In this document: piece by piece, positions 11,678-22,663 of the stretch
Layout of the letters: the number at the start of each line of letters is the position of its first letter
Numbering within the stretch: the stretch's first letter is position 1
Source of the DNA: Paracoccaceae bacterium
Lineage (GTDB): Bacteria > Pseudomonadota > Gammaproteobacteria > Pseudomonadales > Spongiibacteraceae
Direction of reading: 5' to 3'
Length of the DNA stretch: 64,000 nucleotides
NCBI GenBank assembly: GCA_047622145.1
Contig: JBLHMO010000001.1
Location: forward strand, 570-64,569
Translations under genes and position numbers: made by a program
Notes under the pieces: model-generated
What the model was told of the DNA's origin: nothing
Database searches by the model: none
Seen by the model: only the letters and a program-made list of their open reading frames with translations

Positions 11678-12061
11678 TTAATGCAGAGCAGAAGGTTCTA
11701 CCAGAGGGAAGGCGGTAATTGGCGCGATGAAAGGGCGCCCGGATGCGCTGATCATTTCATAGCTGCCTTCCATAGTGCCCACGGCCGTTTCCATAATGGT
11801 GCCTGAGGTGTAGCTGAAACTTTTACCTGGCTCGATGAGTGGCTGCTTGCCGACCACGCCTTCGCCGCGTACTTCGGATATACGGTTGCGGCCGTTGGTG
11901 ATGATCCAGTGGCGGTTGATCAGGCGCACAGCTTCATCGCCACCGTTGGTGATAGTAATGGTGTAGGCAAAGGCAAACCGGTTTTCCTGCGGAAGCGATT
12001 CTTCGGGGAGGTATTGAGTAGCGACCTGGATGTCGACCTGCTTACTTTCTCTGCTTTCCAT
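11678..12061 (-). CDS. apaG: ApaG protein
   Basis: FAYTITI, RHWIIT, VRGEGVVGKQP, GTMEGSY. Confidence 0.96.
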   Translation of the reverse strand: MESRESKQVDIQVATQYLPEESLPQENRFAFAYTITITNGGDEAVRLINRHWIITNGRNRISEVRGEGVVGKQPLIEPGKSFSYTSGTIMETAVGTMEGSYEMISASGRPFIAPITAFPLVEPSALH

Positions 12062-12062
12062 A

Positions 12063-12137
12063 CGGCCTCTGTCTAGGTTGTGCAATTTCAGATGGTGTCA
12101 ATCTAGAGGGTGCCAATCTAGATAGAGCGAATCTATA
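12063..12137. repeat. Degenerate 15-bp tandem repeat (3 clear units, up to 5)
   Basis: cggcctctgTCTAGg / ttgtgcaatttcAGA / tggtgtcAATCTAGA / gggtgccAATCTAGA / tagagcgAATCTAtA. Confidence 0.6.
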
Positions 12138-12160
12138 TAAAGTAATTCTCGCTACGGCGA

Positions 12161-12955
12161 CTACTTAGGCGTCGCCGTGGCATTGGCAATGCGCACATAA
12201 TCAGCCAGTGCCAGTGTTTCCGGTCTGGCTCCCGGGTTTATACCCAAGGCCTCGAGCTGTTCGGCATCGACGGTGTTCTTAAGTGCATTGCGCAGGGTCT
12301 TGCGGCGCTGGTTGAAAGCGTTGCGCACAACGTCTTGGAGATGCTTTACATCGCTTGCAGGAAAAGGCAGCTCTGCGTGTGGCGTTAATCTTACCACGGC
12401 CGACTGGACTTTGGGGCGGGGGCTGAAGGCCTCGGGGGGCACGTCAAACAGTGACTCTACCTGGCAGTAATATTGGGTCATCAGGCTGAGGCGCCCGTAG
12501 GCCTTGCTATTAGGCTGTGCCGCTAGTCGATCCACCACCTCTTTTTGCAACATGAAATGCATGTCTTTGACGCGGCCGTGAAAGCTAAGTAGATGAAAAA
12601 TCAGGGGGGTGGAAATATTGTAGGGGAGATTGCCGACAATACGCAGGGGCTTGCCGGGCTGCAGTGCGCCAAAATCGGTTTTTAGTGCGTCGGCTTGAAT
12701 GATATTGATGTGGCTGTATTTGGCCAGTTGTAGCTCGAGCATCGCGACGAGGTCACGGTCCAGTTCGATCAGCGTTAGGTCTGCACCGCTTTCGGCGAGG
12801 TAGCCGGTAATCGCGCCTTGGCCCGGCCCAATTTCAATTAAGGCGTCATCGGGTTGCGGGCGCACCGAGCGGTGAATCTGGTCAATGACGCCGCCATCGC
12901 GCAGGAAATTCTGGCCAAAGCGTTTGCGGGCACGGTGTTCCGGGAAATTGCTCAT
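12161..12955 (-). CDS. rsmA: 16S rRNA adenine dimethyltransferase
   Basis: [32 protein letters not shown]. Confidence 0.98.
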   Translation of the reverse strand: MSNFPEHRARKRFGQNFLRDGGVIDQIHRSVRPQPDDALIEIGPGQGAITGYLAESGADLTLIELDRDLVAMLELQLAKYSHINIIQADALKTDFGALQPGKPLRIVGNLPYNISTPLIFHLLSFHGRVKDMHFMLQKEVVDRLAAQPNSKAYGRLSLMTQYYCQVESLFDVPPEAFSPRPKVQSAVVRLTPHAELPFPASDVKHLQDVVRNAFNQRRKTLRNALKNTVDAEQLEALGINPGARPETLALADYVRIANATATPK

Positions 12956-13956
12956 GTGCTGGCCCCTTGTCCACTGTGGCGGTTTACTGCCATATTAATC
13001 GCCAGTTGCAGGGCTTCTTCCAAGCTGCCGATGTCGGCTGCGCCGGTACCCGCGAGATCCAATGCGGTGCCGTGGTCTACCGAGGTACGAATGATAGGCA
13101 GGCCAAGCGTGATGTTCACGGCACGACCAAAGCCCTGGAATTTAAGCACCGGTAGCCCTTGGTCGTGATACATGGCGAGCACCGTATCGGCCTTTTCAAG
13201 ATGCTTGGGTGTGAAGGCGGTGTCTGCCGGTAGCGGGCCATCGAGTTGCATGCCGGTAGCGCGCAATTTATTCAGGCAGGGAATGATCGTGTCGATTTCT
13301 TCGCGGCCAAGGTGACCGGATTCACCGGCATGGGGATTGAGCCCGAGTACTAGTATGCGCGGCGAAGGCAGGCCAAATTGTGATATCAGCGCTTCGTGCA
13401 AAATTGTAATGACTTGCTCCAATGAGGCGGCAGTAATGGCATCGGCAACGGCGCGTAAGGGCAGGTGGGTCGTTGCCAGCGCCACGCGGAGCTCGCCAGT
13501 GGTCAGCATCATCACGACTTTTTCAACACCGCAGCGCTCGGCCAGAAATTCGGTGTGGCCGCTAAAGGCGATGCCGGCGTCGTTGATAATGGATTTTTGT
13601 ACCGGCGCGGTGACCATGGCGTGATAGTCGCCACGAAGGCAGGCATCGGTGGCGTGCGCCAGGGTATCAAGTACGTAGGCGGCATTTGCGGCGTCAAGTC
13701 GCCCAGCGGATACGGGACTGTGCAATTCGGTCGGTAAAACTTTCAAGGTGCCAGCGCGATGGGCCACGGCTGGTGAGCGCGCATCGCAGCGCTGTATTTC
13801 GATGGGCAGGCCCAGCTGTGTTGCGCGCTCAGCCAGCAGCACGGGGTCGGCCACCGCAACTAGCTCGGCCGGCCAGTCACGCTGGGCGAGTGCGAGCAAG
13901 ATGTCGGGGCCAATGCCTGCGGGTTCACCTGAGGTAATAGCAATACGGGGAATCAT
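12952..13956 (-). CDS. pdxA: 4-hydroxythreonine-4-phosphate dehydrogenase
   Basis: [42 protein letters not shown]. Confidence 0.98.
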   Translation of the reverse strand: MIPRIAITSGEPAGIGPDILLALAQRDWPAELVAVADPVLLAERATQLGLPIEIQRCDARSPAVAHRAGTLKVLPTELHSPVSAGRLDAANAAYVLDTLAHATDACLRGDYHAMVTAPVQKSIINDAGIAFSGHTEFLAERCGVEKVVMMLTTGELRVALATTHLPLRAVADAITAASLEQVITILHEALISQFGLPSPRILVLGLNPHAGESGHLGREEIDTIIPCLNKLRATGMQLDGPLPADTAFTPKHLEKADTVLAMYHDQGLPVLKFQGFGRAVNITLGLPIIRTSVDHGTALDLAGTGAADIGSLEEALQLAINMAVNRHSGQGAST

Positions 13957-14016
13957 GGCTGTGTTGATCTAGCTGATATCCGTGATTTACTTGCCATCAA
14001 GCGGTTTGATGCCGAC

Positions 14017-15291
14017 TTACTTAATATCAACATAGGCTTCGTCGCGAATCTTGCGCAGCCAGATATCCAGCTCTTCGTCGAATTTGCGCTCGTGCAGAAT
14101 GTTGCGGGCCATATTGCGGCGCAAATCCATGGTCACGTCTTGCTGGCGGCGATCTTCAACCTTGACGATATGCCAGCCATAGCGGCTTTTGAAGGGCGCG
14201 CTGACCTTGCCGAGGCTGGTGGCTTCCATCGCTTCATGAAATTCGGGCACCATTTGACCTGGGCTGGTCCAGCCCAGGTCACCGCCTTCTTGGGCCGAGC
14301 CAATATCTTCGGAGTAAGTTTTGGACAGATCGTAAAAAGACTCGCCATTCTGGGTGCGCTTGCGCAGGACGGCGGCTAACTGTTCGGTTTCCTGTTCGCT
14401 GCGGATGGCAGAGGGCTTCAACAGGATATGGCGCGCCCGGGTTTGGGCAATCACTTCATTGTGGCCGCGACTTTCGATCAGTTTGATAATGTGAAAACCG
14501 CTGGCACTTTTGAGCGGGCTAAGCACTTCGCCGTCTTGTACCATGCTGGCCTGATCGGCAAATAAACTGGGTAGGTCGGGCGCTTTGCGCCAGCCGAGAT
14601 CGCTGGGATTTACATTCTCAGCTTTAAGTAAGGCGTCGACGTTGCCGCCGGATTTCAGCGCCTGATAGATCTTGTCGGCTTGAATTCTGGCGCTTTTTAA
14701 TGCGCTCGGTTCGGCATCGCTGGAGGTTGCCACAAGAATATGAGCAAAGTGATATTCGGGCGCGGTGCGCTTGCGACCTTCGTCGGATTCGAGGTAGTTG
14801 GCGATTTCCTGATCGGTGACCTGGATGCGCTGGTTTACATTACCCCGCTGGACTTGCTGCAACAGCATTTCACGGCGTATTTGCTCGCGAGCGGCGGTAT
14901 ACGACGTACCTGACTCGTTCAGGGCCTTGCGGAACTGCTCCAGTGACAGGTTGTTTTGGCCGGCTATGCGCGCCATGGCAGCAATGAGTTGCTCATCGCT
15001 GATGCGCAGGCCGACTCGCTCAGCCATTTGCAGCTGGAGGTTTTCGAGAATCATGATGTCCATGACTTCGCGGCGAATCCGGTCTTCGGGTACGTCTTGG
15101 CCGGATTGCGCGATATTGGCGCGCACCTGTTGTAGGCGATCATCGAGCTCGCTGCGCAGGATGATATTGTCGTCCACAATCGCGACGATTTCGTCTAGCA
15201 CTTCAACATCCGCGTGCACAGCGGCGCTGCCGCAAGACAGGGCTAATACTGCGGCGAGACCGCCAATACGTTTGAATCCGGTTTTAATCAT
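14017..15291 (-). CDS. surA: Periplasmic chaperone/PPIase SurA
   Basis: Signal peptide, IVAIVDD, two parvulin domains (AHILV; ARHILL...GGDLGW...YGWHI); synteny. Confidence 0.95.
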   Translation of the reverse strand: MIKTGFKRIGGLAAVLALSCGSAAVHADVEVLDEIVAIVDDNIILRSELDDRLQQVRANIAQSGQDVPEDRIRREVMDIMILENLQLQMAERVGLRISDEQLIAAMARIAGQNNLSLEQFRKALNESGTSYTAAREQIRREMLLQQVQRGNVNQRIQVTDQEIANYLESDEGRKRTAPEYHFAHILVATSSDAEPSALKSARIQADKIYQALKSGGNVDALLKAENVNPSDLGWRKAPDLPSLFADQASMVQDGEVLSPLKSASGFHIIKLIESRGHNEVIAQTRARHILLKPSAIRSEQETEQLAAVLRKRTQNGESFYDLSKTYSEDIGSAQEGGDLGWTSPGQMVPEFHEAMEATSLGKVSAPFKSRYGWHIVKVEDRRQQDVTMDLRRNMARNILHERKFDEELDIWLRKIRDEAYVDIK

Positions 15292-17740
15292 CTTGATAGC
15301 CAAAAATATTCTCTTCTAGTACGTTAACGAGCTTGTCACCTAAACCGCCGAGGCCCTTGAGCTGAAATTCCAGCAAAATGGTTTCGTCGTGGCCGAGATC
15401 TTTAGACAGTGAATTGTCGTCTGGTTCCAAGGCGCGTTGGTGTAAGGCTCTGATTGTCCAGCAGCAGCTCTCGTAAGCGACGCCAAACAGGCTTTCAAGC
15501 GAGCGGCTGTCTTCCATATCGTAATGCCAGCGGCCGAACAACTGCCACTGGCGCCCAAGGGGAAAGCTGAGTGAGGCGTCGAATTGTTTGAGTTCCGGCC
15601 TATCGTCAGCATCGACGACGGTGAGGCGGCGCTGGCTGTAGCCGAAATTGTACAGGGTCTGGGGGCCGGTTCGATAGTGCCAGCCAAGATGCGCCTGATT
15701 AACGCGCCCATCATTGCGGTCGAGCACCATATCCGCCTGTAACCAAAGCTGCTCGGTGGCCTGCCAGCGCATCTCGGTGGCAAGGTCTGAAGAGCGTGCG
15801 CTGCGTCGCTCGGAGGTTTCTGCAGCGGCGCTGCTGCCAGCGGGTTGAATGGTAACGGTGCCGGGAATGCTGATGTTGCTCTTGAGCAGATTGGGGTCGG
15901 TGGCGATTGAGCCGGCAACTATCGTGTTGGGCAGGTCGATGCGGCGATCTTCGAAGTAAAAAGCCTGGCCGATGGCCAGGCGCAAGACTTCACGGCCACT
16001 GTCTTGGTCAATAAAACGGCTGCTAAGGCCCAGCGAAAGCTGCTTGGAATCGTCTATGCGGTCGTAGCCCGCAAAGCGCGATTCACGAAATAGCTGCTGA
16101 TAGGAGAAGGGCAGCAGGCTGGTATCGAACACCGGTTGCGTTTCCTGGCCGGATTCGAAATCGCTGTAAAGATAGTACAAGCGCGGTTCTAGAGTTTGCA
16201 GCCAGTCTTGGCCCGAACGCTCGAATACTAGCGCCGCATCCAAACTCGCCATGGCGGCGGTGACCTCAGGGGTCTCTTCTATAACGCCCTCGTCGAGCTG
16301 ATAACTGATATGGCGAGATTTGGCCGTGCCGATGAGATGGCCGGCGCGGCCAAGGTACGGAAGCTTGAGGCCGGCCTCGGCATAGCTGCGTACGCCGGTA
16401 ATAAAGATACCGCCTTCGGCGGTAGTGTTGCTGTTTTCATAGTCAGTCACGTCAGCCAGAAAGAGGGGCTGTGGCCTTAAATTGTGAAGCTCTGGCTGAA
16501 ACGCCAAGGTCCACTGTGGCAGCTTGCGATAGGGGTCACTGAGGTTGGCGAGAGTCTGATATTGCTGAACAGCTAGGCTCGAACGCCAAGAGTCACTTTG
16601 ATAATTGACCCGCGCAAATTGATTGAGGTGGGTGCTGCGTGCAACCGACAGCGAGGCGAGACTGAGATCAGTAAAGTAGTCGTCGTCGCTAACCTTGGCG
16701 TAGTCGATGGCGGTAGACCAGTGTTCATTGATCGTGCCCTGCTCAGTCAGGGCCTGCAGCCAGCGGTCGCGATTGGCTTGCTTGTCGTCGTTTAAATAGG
16801 CGCTCGATAGTTTCCATTCGCTCCAGCGGTTGAGGTAGCGGGCTTCGGATTCGAGCATCTCACCACGGCGTTCCAAAAAACGGGGGGTCAGTGTCAGGTC
16901 ATAATTGGCGGCGAGGTTAATGTAGTAGGGCACCGAAATATCCAGCCCGCCGTCACTGGAGGCGATACTGGGCCACAGAAAGCCGGTGCTGCGGCGGTCG
17001 TCGATCGGAAAGTCCAGCCAGGGAGTGTAGAACACAGGCACCCCTTTGACTCGAAGGCTGGTGTTGCGGGCAATGCCGCGGCCGCTGGCAAAATCGAGCT
17101 GAATATCCTCGGCCTTGAGCGCCCAAGCCTCCGAGTCGGGAGGGCATTGGGTGAATACGGTGTTGGTCAGTTGCAGGGTGTTTTCGGTCTGGCGTTGAAG
17201 CAGGCTGGCGCTGGCTCTTAGCCCGCTGTTGAAGGCCATAAATTGCGCGTTCTCGATGCGGCCTGTGCCGTCCTGGCCACTTAGCTCGGCACTGTCACCG
17301 TGAATGATCATGCCGGGCAGCGTGACGATAACATCGCCATCGAGCAAAAACTGCTGGCGCTGGCGGTCATATTGCGCACTGCCGGCGTTCACGCCCAGTT
17401 GGCCCTTATTCATCACCACATCGCCTTCCAGTGTCACTACGTTGCCCTCAAGCAGTGAGCGGTCGGCACTGGCGTTTAGGGGGGCATCGTCCGGGAGCAG
17501 ATCGGCACCCTCCCAATCCCGAACTGGCGGCAGATAGAGGCCGTCGCAGCCCGGGCCCAGAGCGCAGTTGTTATTGACTGGAAACTCTTGGAGGCTGTAC
17601 CAGTACCAGCGATTGCTATCGCCTGCGGGCGCCCTGCAACTGCTATCGTCAGCCGATACGGGGGCGGCTGTCAGGCTACACGCCAAAATGGGTGCAAGTA
17701 ACAGGCGGCGGCTGGGCTGTGGGCGTGAGAAGTGATTCAA
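15284..17740 (-). CDS. lptD: LPS assembly protein LptD
   Basis: FTQCPP...W, DDRRSTGFL, PYYINLA, QTLEPRLYY, YESCCW, FQLKGLG. Confidence 0.96.
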   Translation of the reverse strand: MNHFSRPQPSRRLLLAPILACSLTAAPVSADDSSCRAPAGDSNRWYWYSLQEFPVNNNCALGPGCDGLYLPPVRDWEGADLLPDDAPLNASADRSLLEGNVVTLEGDVVMNKGQLGVNAGSAQYDRQRQQFLLDGDVIVTLPGMIIHGDSAELSGQDGTGRIENAQFMAFNSGLRASASLLQRQTENTLQLTNTVFTQCPPDSEAWALKAEDIQLDFASGRGIARNTSLRVKGVPVFYTPWLDFPIDDRRSTGFLWPSIASSDGGLDISVPYYINLAANYDLTLTPRFLERRGEMLESEARYLNRWSEWKLSSAYLNDDKQANRDRWLQALTEQGTINEHWSTAIDYAKVSDDDYFTDLSLASLSVARSTHLNQFARVNYQSDSWRSSLAVQQYQTLANLSDPYRKLPQWTLAFQPELHNLRPQPLFLADVTDYENSNTTAEGGIFITGVRSYAEAGLKLPYLGRAGHLIGTAKSRHISYQLDEGVIEETPEVTAAMASLDAALVFERSGQDWLQTLEPRLYYLYSDFESGQETQPVFDTSLLPFSYQQLFRESRFAGYDRIDDSKQLSLGLSSRFIDQDSGREVLRLAIGQAFYFEDRRIDLPNTIVAGSIATDPNLLKSNISIPGTVTIQPAGSSAAAETSERRSARSSDLATEMRWQATEQLWLQADMVLDRNDGRVNQAHLGWHYRTGPQTLYNFGYSQRRLTVVDADDRPELKQFDASLSFPLGRQWQLFGRWHYDMEDSRSLESLFGVAYESCCWTIRALHQRALEPDDNSLSKDLGHDETILLEFQLKGLGGLGDKLVNVLEENIFGYQDD

Positions 17741-17830
17741 TGGAATTAGTCAGGCTGATTAATGCAGGGTGGATGATAATGGATTCTTTGGTAGGATGCC
17801 CGCCTGCTGAAAAAATAAAGGCAAAAGGGC

Positions 17831-18787
17831 ATGGATGAGCGACTTCGGCAATGGTGTGCGGCGCAATTGGCGGTTGCGGAGGAGAGACTGGCGCCAGCGG
17901 AAAATGTAGCTGGCGATGCCAGCTTTCGCTGCTATTACCGGCTTCGCCTAGATGACGGCCGCAGCTATATCGTGATGGATGCGCCGCCGGATAAAGTGGC
18001 CAGCCAGCCCTTTGTCGATGTGGCAAATCGCCTGCGCACAGCGGGAGTGCGCGCGCCGGGCATTGTAGCCTGCGATTTGGCGCAGGGCTGGATGTTGCTT
18101 GAAGATTTGGGTGACGAGCTCTACAAGCAGGCTTTTAAGGGCGGCGACAGCGCCGCTCTGATGGCGCAGATATTTGATGTGCTTGAAGTACAAGCCACTG
18201 CAGTGGCGCCTGAGGGGCTGGAGTCCTACAGTCGTGGCAAACTTCAGATCGAGCTGGATTTATTTCCCGATTGGTATCTGGACGTTGAGCGCAGGAATCC
18301 TTTTTCCGAGGCAGAGCGCGCCCAGTGGAACCACCTCTGTCGGCTGCTCTGCGACAGCGCGGCCGAGCAGCCCCAGGTCTTTGTTCACCGGGACTTTCAT
18401 TCCTGCAACCTGATGTACCTAGGCGGAGCTGCTCCTGGCGTCATCGATTTTCAAGATGCAGTCCTCGGCCCTCTGACTTACGATTTGATGTCCATATTGC
18501 TGGACCGCTATATCGGCTGGCCGCGCCCACGTCTGGAGGCCTGGATGGAGGAATTTCGCCAGCGTGTTGCGCCGGAAGTGGATGCCCACTGCTGGCAGCG
18601 GTGGTGCGACTTGATGGGCTTGCAGCGTAACTTCAAAATTATCGGTATTTTTGCACGCCTATCACACCGCGATAACAAAAGCGGGTATCTTGAGCTCATT
18701 CCGCGTTTTGCCGGCTATGTGCGCGATGTGTTGAATCGCTACGCTGAATTTCAAGACTACCTCCCCCTACTGGAGCACCGGCTATGA
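17831..18787 (+). CDS. amgK: MurNAc/GlcNAc kinase AmgK
   Basis: GDASFR, MDAPP, LLEDLG, HRDFHSCNL, IDFQDA; divergent from lptD and coupled to murU. Confidence 0.9.
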   Translation: MDERLRQWCAAQLAVAEERLAPAENVAGDASFRCYYRLRLDDGRSYIVMDAPPDKVASQPFVDVANRLRTAGVRAPGIVACDLAQGWMLLEDLGDELYKQAFKGGDSAALMAQIFDVLEVQATAVAPEGLESYSRGKLQIELDLFPDWYLDVERRNPFSEAERAQWNHLCRLLCDSAAEQPQVFVHRDFHSCNLMYLGGAAPGVIDFQDAVLGPLTYDLMSILLDRYIGWPRPRLEAWMEEFRQRVAPEVDAHCWQRWCDLMGLQRNFKIIGIFARLSHRDNKSGYLELIPRFAGYVRDVLNRYAEFQDYLPLLEHRL

Positions 18788-19458
18788 AGGCGATGATATT
18801 GGCTGCGGGTCTGGGTAAGCGCATGCGGCCACTGACCACTGTTCGCCCTAAGCCGCTGCTGAAAGTGAATGGCAAGGCCTTGATCGACTATCAGCTGGAG
18901 CGTCTGGCTGCTGTCGGCGTGCGCGATGTCGTTATCAACCATTACTGGCTGGGCGAGCAAATTGAAGCCCATGTTGGCGCTGGCGAAGCTTATGGCCTAA
19001 GTGTGTGCTATTCCGCGGAGAATGAGTTGCTGGATACCGCGGGCGGCATGATTAATGCCCTGCCGCTGTTGGGCGACGCCCCCTTTCTACTGATTAATGG
19101 CGACGTCTGGTGCGATTACCCCTTTAAGGCCCTGCTCGAAAGGACGGTGCAAAGTGCGCATCTGGTGATGGTAGATAATCCAGAACACAACGACGGTGGT
19201 GACTTCTATTTGCGTGAGGGCCTGCTATATATCGAGGGGCCGGGTGAGGCGCTGACTTATGCCGGTATTGCGCTTATCAATCCCAGCTTGTTTGCGGGTA
19301 GCGAGGGCGGTTGCCTACCACTGAGACCCTTTCTTGAGCGAGCCATCGAGCTCGGTGCTGTCAGCGCCGAGCATTTTCAGCGGGAGTGGGTGGACGTTGG
19401 TACGCCCGAACGCCTAATTGAACTCGATGCTCGGGTGAGCGCCACAGTTGACGCATAG
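18784..19458 (+). CDS. murU: MurNAc-1-phosphate uridylyltransferase
   Basis: MKAMILAAGLGKRMRPLT...PKPLL, NGDV, WVDVGTPERL. Confidence 0.92.
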   Translation: MKAMILAAGLGKRMRPLTTVRPKPLLKVNGKALIDYQLERLAAVGVRDVVINHYWLGEQIEAHVGAGEAYGLSVCYSAENELLDTAGGMINALPLLGDAPFLLINGDVWCDYPFKALLERTVQSAHLVMVDNPEHNDGGDFYLREGLLYIEGPGEALTYAGIALINPSLFAGSEGGCLPLRPFLERAIELGAVSAEHFQREWVDVGTPERLIELDARVSATVDA

Positions 19459-19546
19459 TTATCATCAAGACTATCTGATTGCGGGCTTATAAGGCTGCAG
19501 TTAACGCGGTAAACTACTCGCTTTCGCAAAGCTGCTGAGATTATCA

Positions 19547-20215
19547 ATGTCTGACTATTGGATCGCCCCTTCCATATTATCCGCCAATTTTGCCTGCCTT
19601 GGCGCTGAAGTAGATGCCGTATTGGAAGCAGGTGCCGACGTGGTTCACTTTGATGTGATGGACAACCATTACGTCCCCAATCTCACCATTGGACCGATGG
19701 TCTGCAAAGCGCTGCGCGATCACGGTGTTACCGCCCCGATCGACGTGCATTTAATGGTGCAGCCGGTTGATAGCCTGATCGGCATGTTTGCCGAGTCTGG
19801 AGCCAGCTATATCACCTTTCATCCGGATGCCTCCACCCATGTCGATCGTTCGCTGCAGCTAATTCGCGATGCCGGTTGCAAAGCTGGGCTGGTGCTCAAT
19901 CCTGCGCTGACTCCAGACTGCCTGCGCTACGTAATGGATCGGCTCGACATGATCTTGCTGATGTCGGTTAACCCCGGGTTTGGTGGCCAAAAATTTATTC
20001 CCTCCACCATCGACAAGGTGCGCGAAGTGCGCGGCCTGATTGATGCCAGTGGCTACGATATTCGGCTGGAAGTCGACGGCGGCATTTCGGCAAAAAATAT
20101 TGCAGAAATCGCTGCCGCGGGAGCCGATACCTTCGTTGCCGGCTCGGCCATTTTCAGTGCCGACAACTACAAGAATGTTATCGACGAGATGCGCGCGCAA
20201 CTGGCCTCTGTCTAA
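19547..20215 (+). CDS. rpe: Ribulose-phosphate 3-epimerase
   Basis: [35 protein letters not shown]. Confidence 0.98.
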   Translation: MSDYWIAPSILSANFACLGAEVDAVLEAGADVVHFDVMDNHYVPNLTIGPMVCKALRDHGVTAPIDVHLMVQPVDSLIGMFAESGASYITFHPDASTHVDRSLQLIRDAGCKAGLVLNPALTPDCLRYVMDRLDMILLMSVNPGFGGQKFIPSTIDKVREVRGLIDASGYDIRLEVDGGISAKNIAEIAAAGADTFVAGSAIFSADNYKNVIDEMRAQLASV

Positions 20216-20221
20216 ATCTCA

Positions 20222-20908
20222 GTGAATCTTCTCGATAGTATTCTGGGGCGGTCGCCGTTGGCATTGTTATTCGATCTTGACGGCACCTTGGTCGACAGCG
20301 CGCCGGATTTGGCCGCGGCGCTCGATGTTGCGCTTGTGGCTGGCGGATACAGCGCAGCGGGCATTGACGCCGCGCGCTACTGGGTAGGCAATGGTGCCCG
20401 CAAACTGCTGCAGCGGGCATTGGCCCATGCGCGCGAGTGCGAAGAAGCCCAGCTCGATGACGCAGAATTAGACCGGCTGCTCACGCATTTCTTCCAGGTT
20501 TATGAAGGCGCCTGCACCCAAAAAACGGTGTTATACCCCGGCGTGATGCCGGCGCTTCAGTGCTGGCATGACAGCGGAATTCGTATGGCCTGCGTTACCA
20601 ATAAGCCTGAGCGCTTCGCACGCATTATTGTTGAGCATTTTGGCTTGAGCACAGTGATGCCTGTGGTATTGGGCGGCGATAGTCTGCCGACGCGTAAACC
20701 CGAACCCGAGCTCTTGCTTGAAGCTTGTAGGCAACTGTCGGTAGCGGTTGCCGAGGTCATTATGGTCGGCGATTCCAGCAATGACATACTGGCCGCGCGC
20801 GCTGCCGGTATGCCGGTGATTGCGGTGCCCTACGGCTATAATTACGGCAGTGACATTGCTGACGCGAATCCGGACTTAGTGATCGATAGCTTTGATTTGC
20901 TGTTATAA
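20222..20908 (+). CDS. gph: Phosphoglycolate phosphatase (HAD family)
   Basis: FDLDGTLVDS, VTNKP, KPEP, MVGDS; between rpe and trpE. Confidence 0.92.
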   Translation: MNLLDSILGRSPLALLFDLDGTLVDSAPDLAAALDVALVAGGYSAAGIDAARYWVGNGARKLLQRALAHARECEEAQLDDAELDRLLTHFFQVYEGACTQKTVLYPGVMPALQCWHDSGIRMACVTNKPERFARIIVEHFGLSTVMPVVLGGDSLPTRKPEPELLLEACRQLSVAVAEVIMVGDSSNDILAARAAGMPVIAVPYGYNYGSDIADANPDLVIDSFDLLL

Positions 20909-20965
20909 GGCGTCGGTGTGGAAGTCTTATACGGCAGCTACCATGGGTAAACCCGCTTGGGAGGT

Positions 20966-20993
20966 TTTACAAATGGAGGCTGTCGGGTAGAAT
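20966..20993 (+). promoter_or_regulatory. Putative sigma70 promoter of the trp leader/trpE
   Basis: TTTACA-16 bp-TAGAAT. Confidence 0.5.
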
Positions 20994-21030
20994 GCTGGCT
21001 TCCAACTCTTTTTCTGATCTGGAGAAAACG

Positions 21031-21087
21031 GTGATCTGCGACGCCCGCACAGCGCTGCAATCTCATACCCGCCGATGGCGATGGTAG
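21031..21087 (+). CDS. trpL: trp leader peptide (MICDARTALQSHTRRWRW)
   Basis: GGAG RBS, GTG start, 18 codons ending TGG CGA TGG TAG, 51 nt before trpE; absent from the ORF track. Confidence 0.72.
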   Translation: MICDARTALQSHTRRWRW

Positions 21088-21138
21088 GCTACGTTACGCC
21101 CCCAACATCGTTATTTACCGTTTTTGAAGGATAGTGCA

Positions 21139-22662
21139 GTGACTCCCGAACAATTTGCCGAACTGGCCCAGCAGCCCTATAACCGCATCCCTGTGTACCG
21201 GGATGTTCTCGCCGACCTTGATACTCCGCTCAGCGCCTACCTGAAATTGGCACGTGGTCCCTACAGCTACCTGTTTGAATCTGTTGAAGGCGGCGAGAAG
21301 TGGGGGCGATATTCCATTATCGGCCTCCGGGCGACCACGGTACTCACCGTACGCGGGCAAGATATCAGCGTGAGCGAGAGCGGAGTGGTGGTCGAAACCA
21401 GTCGCAGTGCTGACCCTTTGATATTTGTTGAGGCTTTTCAAAAGCGCTATCGCGCACCTGATTTGGAACAGTTGCCCGCGTTCAATGGCGGCCTGGTGGG
21501 ATATTTTGGTTACGACACCGTGCGCTATGTTGAGCCGCGACTTGTGGCCAGTTGCCCTCCTGACAAACTTGGCAATCCGGATATTCTACTGATGCTGTCC
21601 GAGGAGCTGGTGGTTTTTGACAATCTGGCCGGGGTGATCACGCTGATTGTTCACGCCGACCCGAACACGCCGGATGCCTACCACTTGGCGCAGCAGCGTT
21701 TGAATGATCTGGAAGCGCTCATGGCCGGGCCTGCTCCAACGCTCCAGGCACCGTTGACGGAGCCTGGAGATTTGCCCGAATCTGCATTCGAATCTGAAGT
21801 GGGTGAAGACGGTTACAGCGCCATGGTTGAGCGCGTGAAAGAATACACGCTCGCGGGCGATGTCATGCAAGTGGTGCCGTCCCAGCGTCTTTCTACGTCG
21901 TTTAATGCCGACCCGGTTAACCTCTATCGCGCCTTGCGCCGCCTCAATCCCTCGCCATATATGTTTTATCTGGACCTCGACGATTTTCATATTGTTGGCT
22001 CAAGTCCAGAAATTCTGGCGCGGGTCGAAGGCGATGAAATTACCTTGCGCCCTATCGCCGGTACCCGCCGTCGCGGTCATACCGAGGCTGAAGACAAGGC
22101 CATGGAAGCGGAATTGCTGGCCGACCCGAAAGAGATTGCCGAGCACTTGATGTTGATCGATCTGGGCCGCAACGATGTTGGCCGAGTCGCGCAAACCGGC
22201 TCGGTGGTCGTCACCGATCAAATGGTGGTGGAGCGCTACTCCCACGTTATGCATATTGTTTCCAATGTGACCGGCAAACTCAAAAAAGGTCTGTCGGCTA
22301 TGGATGTACTGCGAGCCAGCTTGCCGGCAGGAACGCTCAGCGGTGCCCCCAAAGTGCGAGCGATGGAGATTATCGACGAGCTCGAGCCTGTAAAGCGCGG
22401 CGTATACGGTGGCGCAGTGGGCTATCTCGGTTTTAACGGCAATATGGATACCGCCATCGCAATTCGCACTGCGGTAATCAAAAACAAGCGTCTGTATGTG
22501 CAGGCCGGTGGTGGCATTGTTGCCGATTCAGTACCGCGGCTGGAATGGAAAGAAACCATGAACAAGGCGCGGGCGATGTTTCGCGCTGCGGCTATGGTTC
22601 AGGGTGTTGGCATTTCTGAAGCCAGCACGACTGATGTCGACCCTAAAAAGGGAGGGCAATAA
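21139..22662 (+). CDS. trpE: Anthranilate synthase component I
   Basis: [56 protein letters not shown]. Confidence 0.98.
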   Translation: MTPEQFAELAQQPYNRIPVYRDVLADLDTPLSAYLKLARGPYSYLFESVEGGEKWGRYSIIGLRATTVLTVRGQDISVSESGVVVETSRSADPLIFVEAFQKRYRAPDLEQLPAFNGGLVGYFGYDTVRYVEPRLVASCPPDKLGNPDILLMLSEELVVFDNLAGVITLIVHADPNTPDAYHLAQQRLNDLEALMAGPAPTLQAPLTEPGDLPESAFESEVGEDGYSAMVERVKEYTLAGDVMQVVPSQRLSTSFNADPVNLYRALRRLNPSPYMFYLDLDDFHIVGSSPEILARVEGDEITLRPIAGTRRRGHTEAEDKAMEAELLADPKEIAEHLMLIDLGRNDVGRVAQTGSVVVTDQMVVERYSHVMHIVSNVTGKLKKGLSAMDVLRASLPAGTLSGAPKVRAMEIIDELEPVKRGVYGGAVGYLGFNGNMDTAIAIRTAVIKNKRLYVQAGGGIVADSVPRLEWKETMNKARAMFRAAAMVQGVGISEASTTDVDPKKGGQ

Positions 22663-22663
22663 C

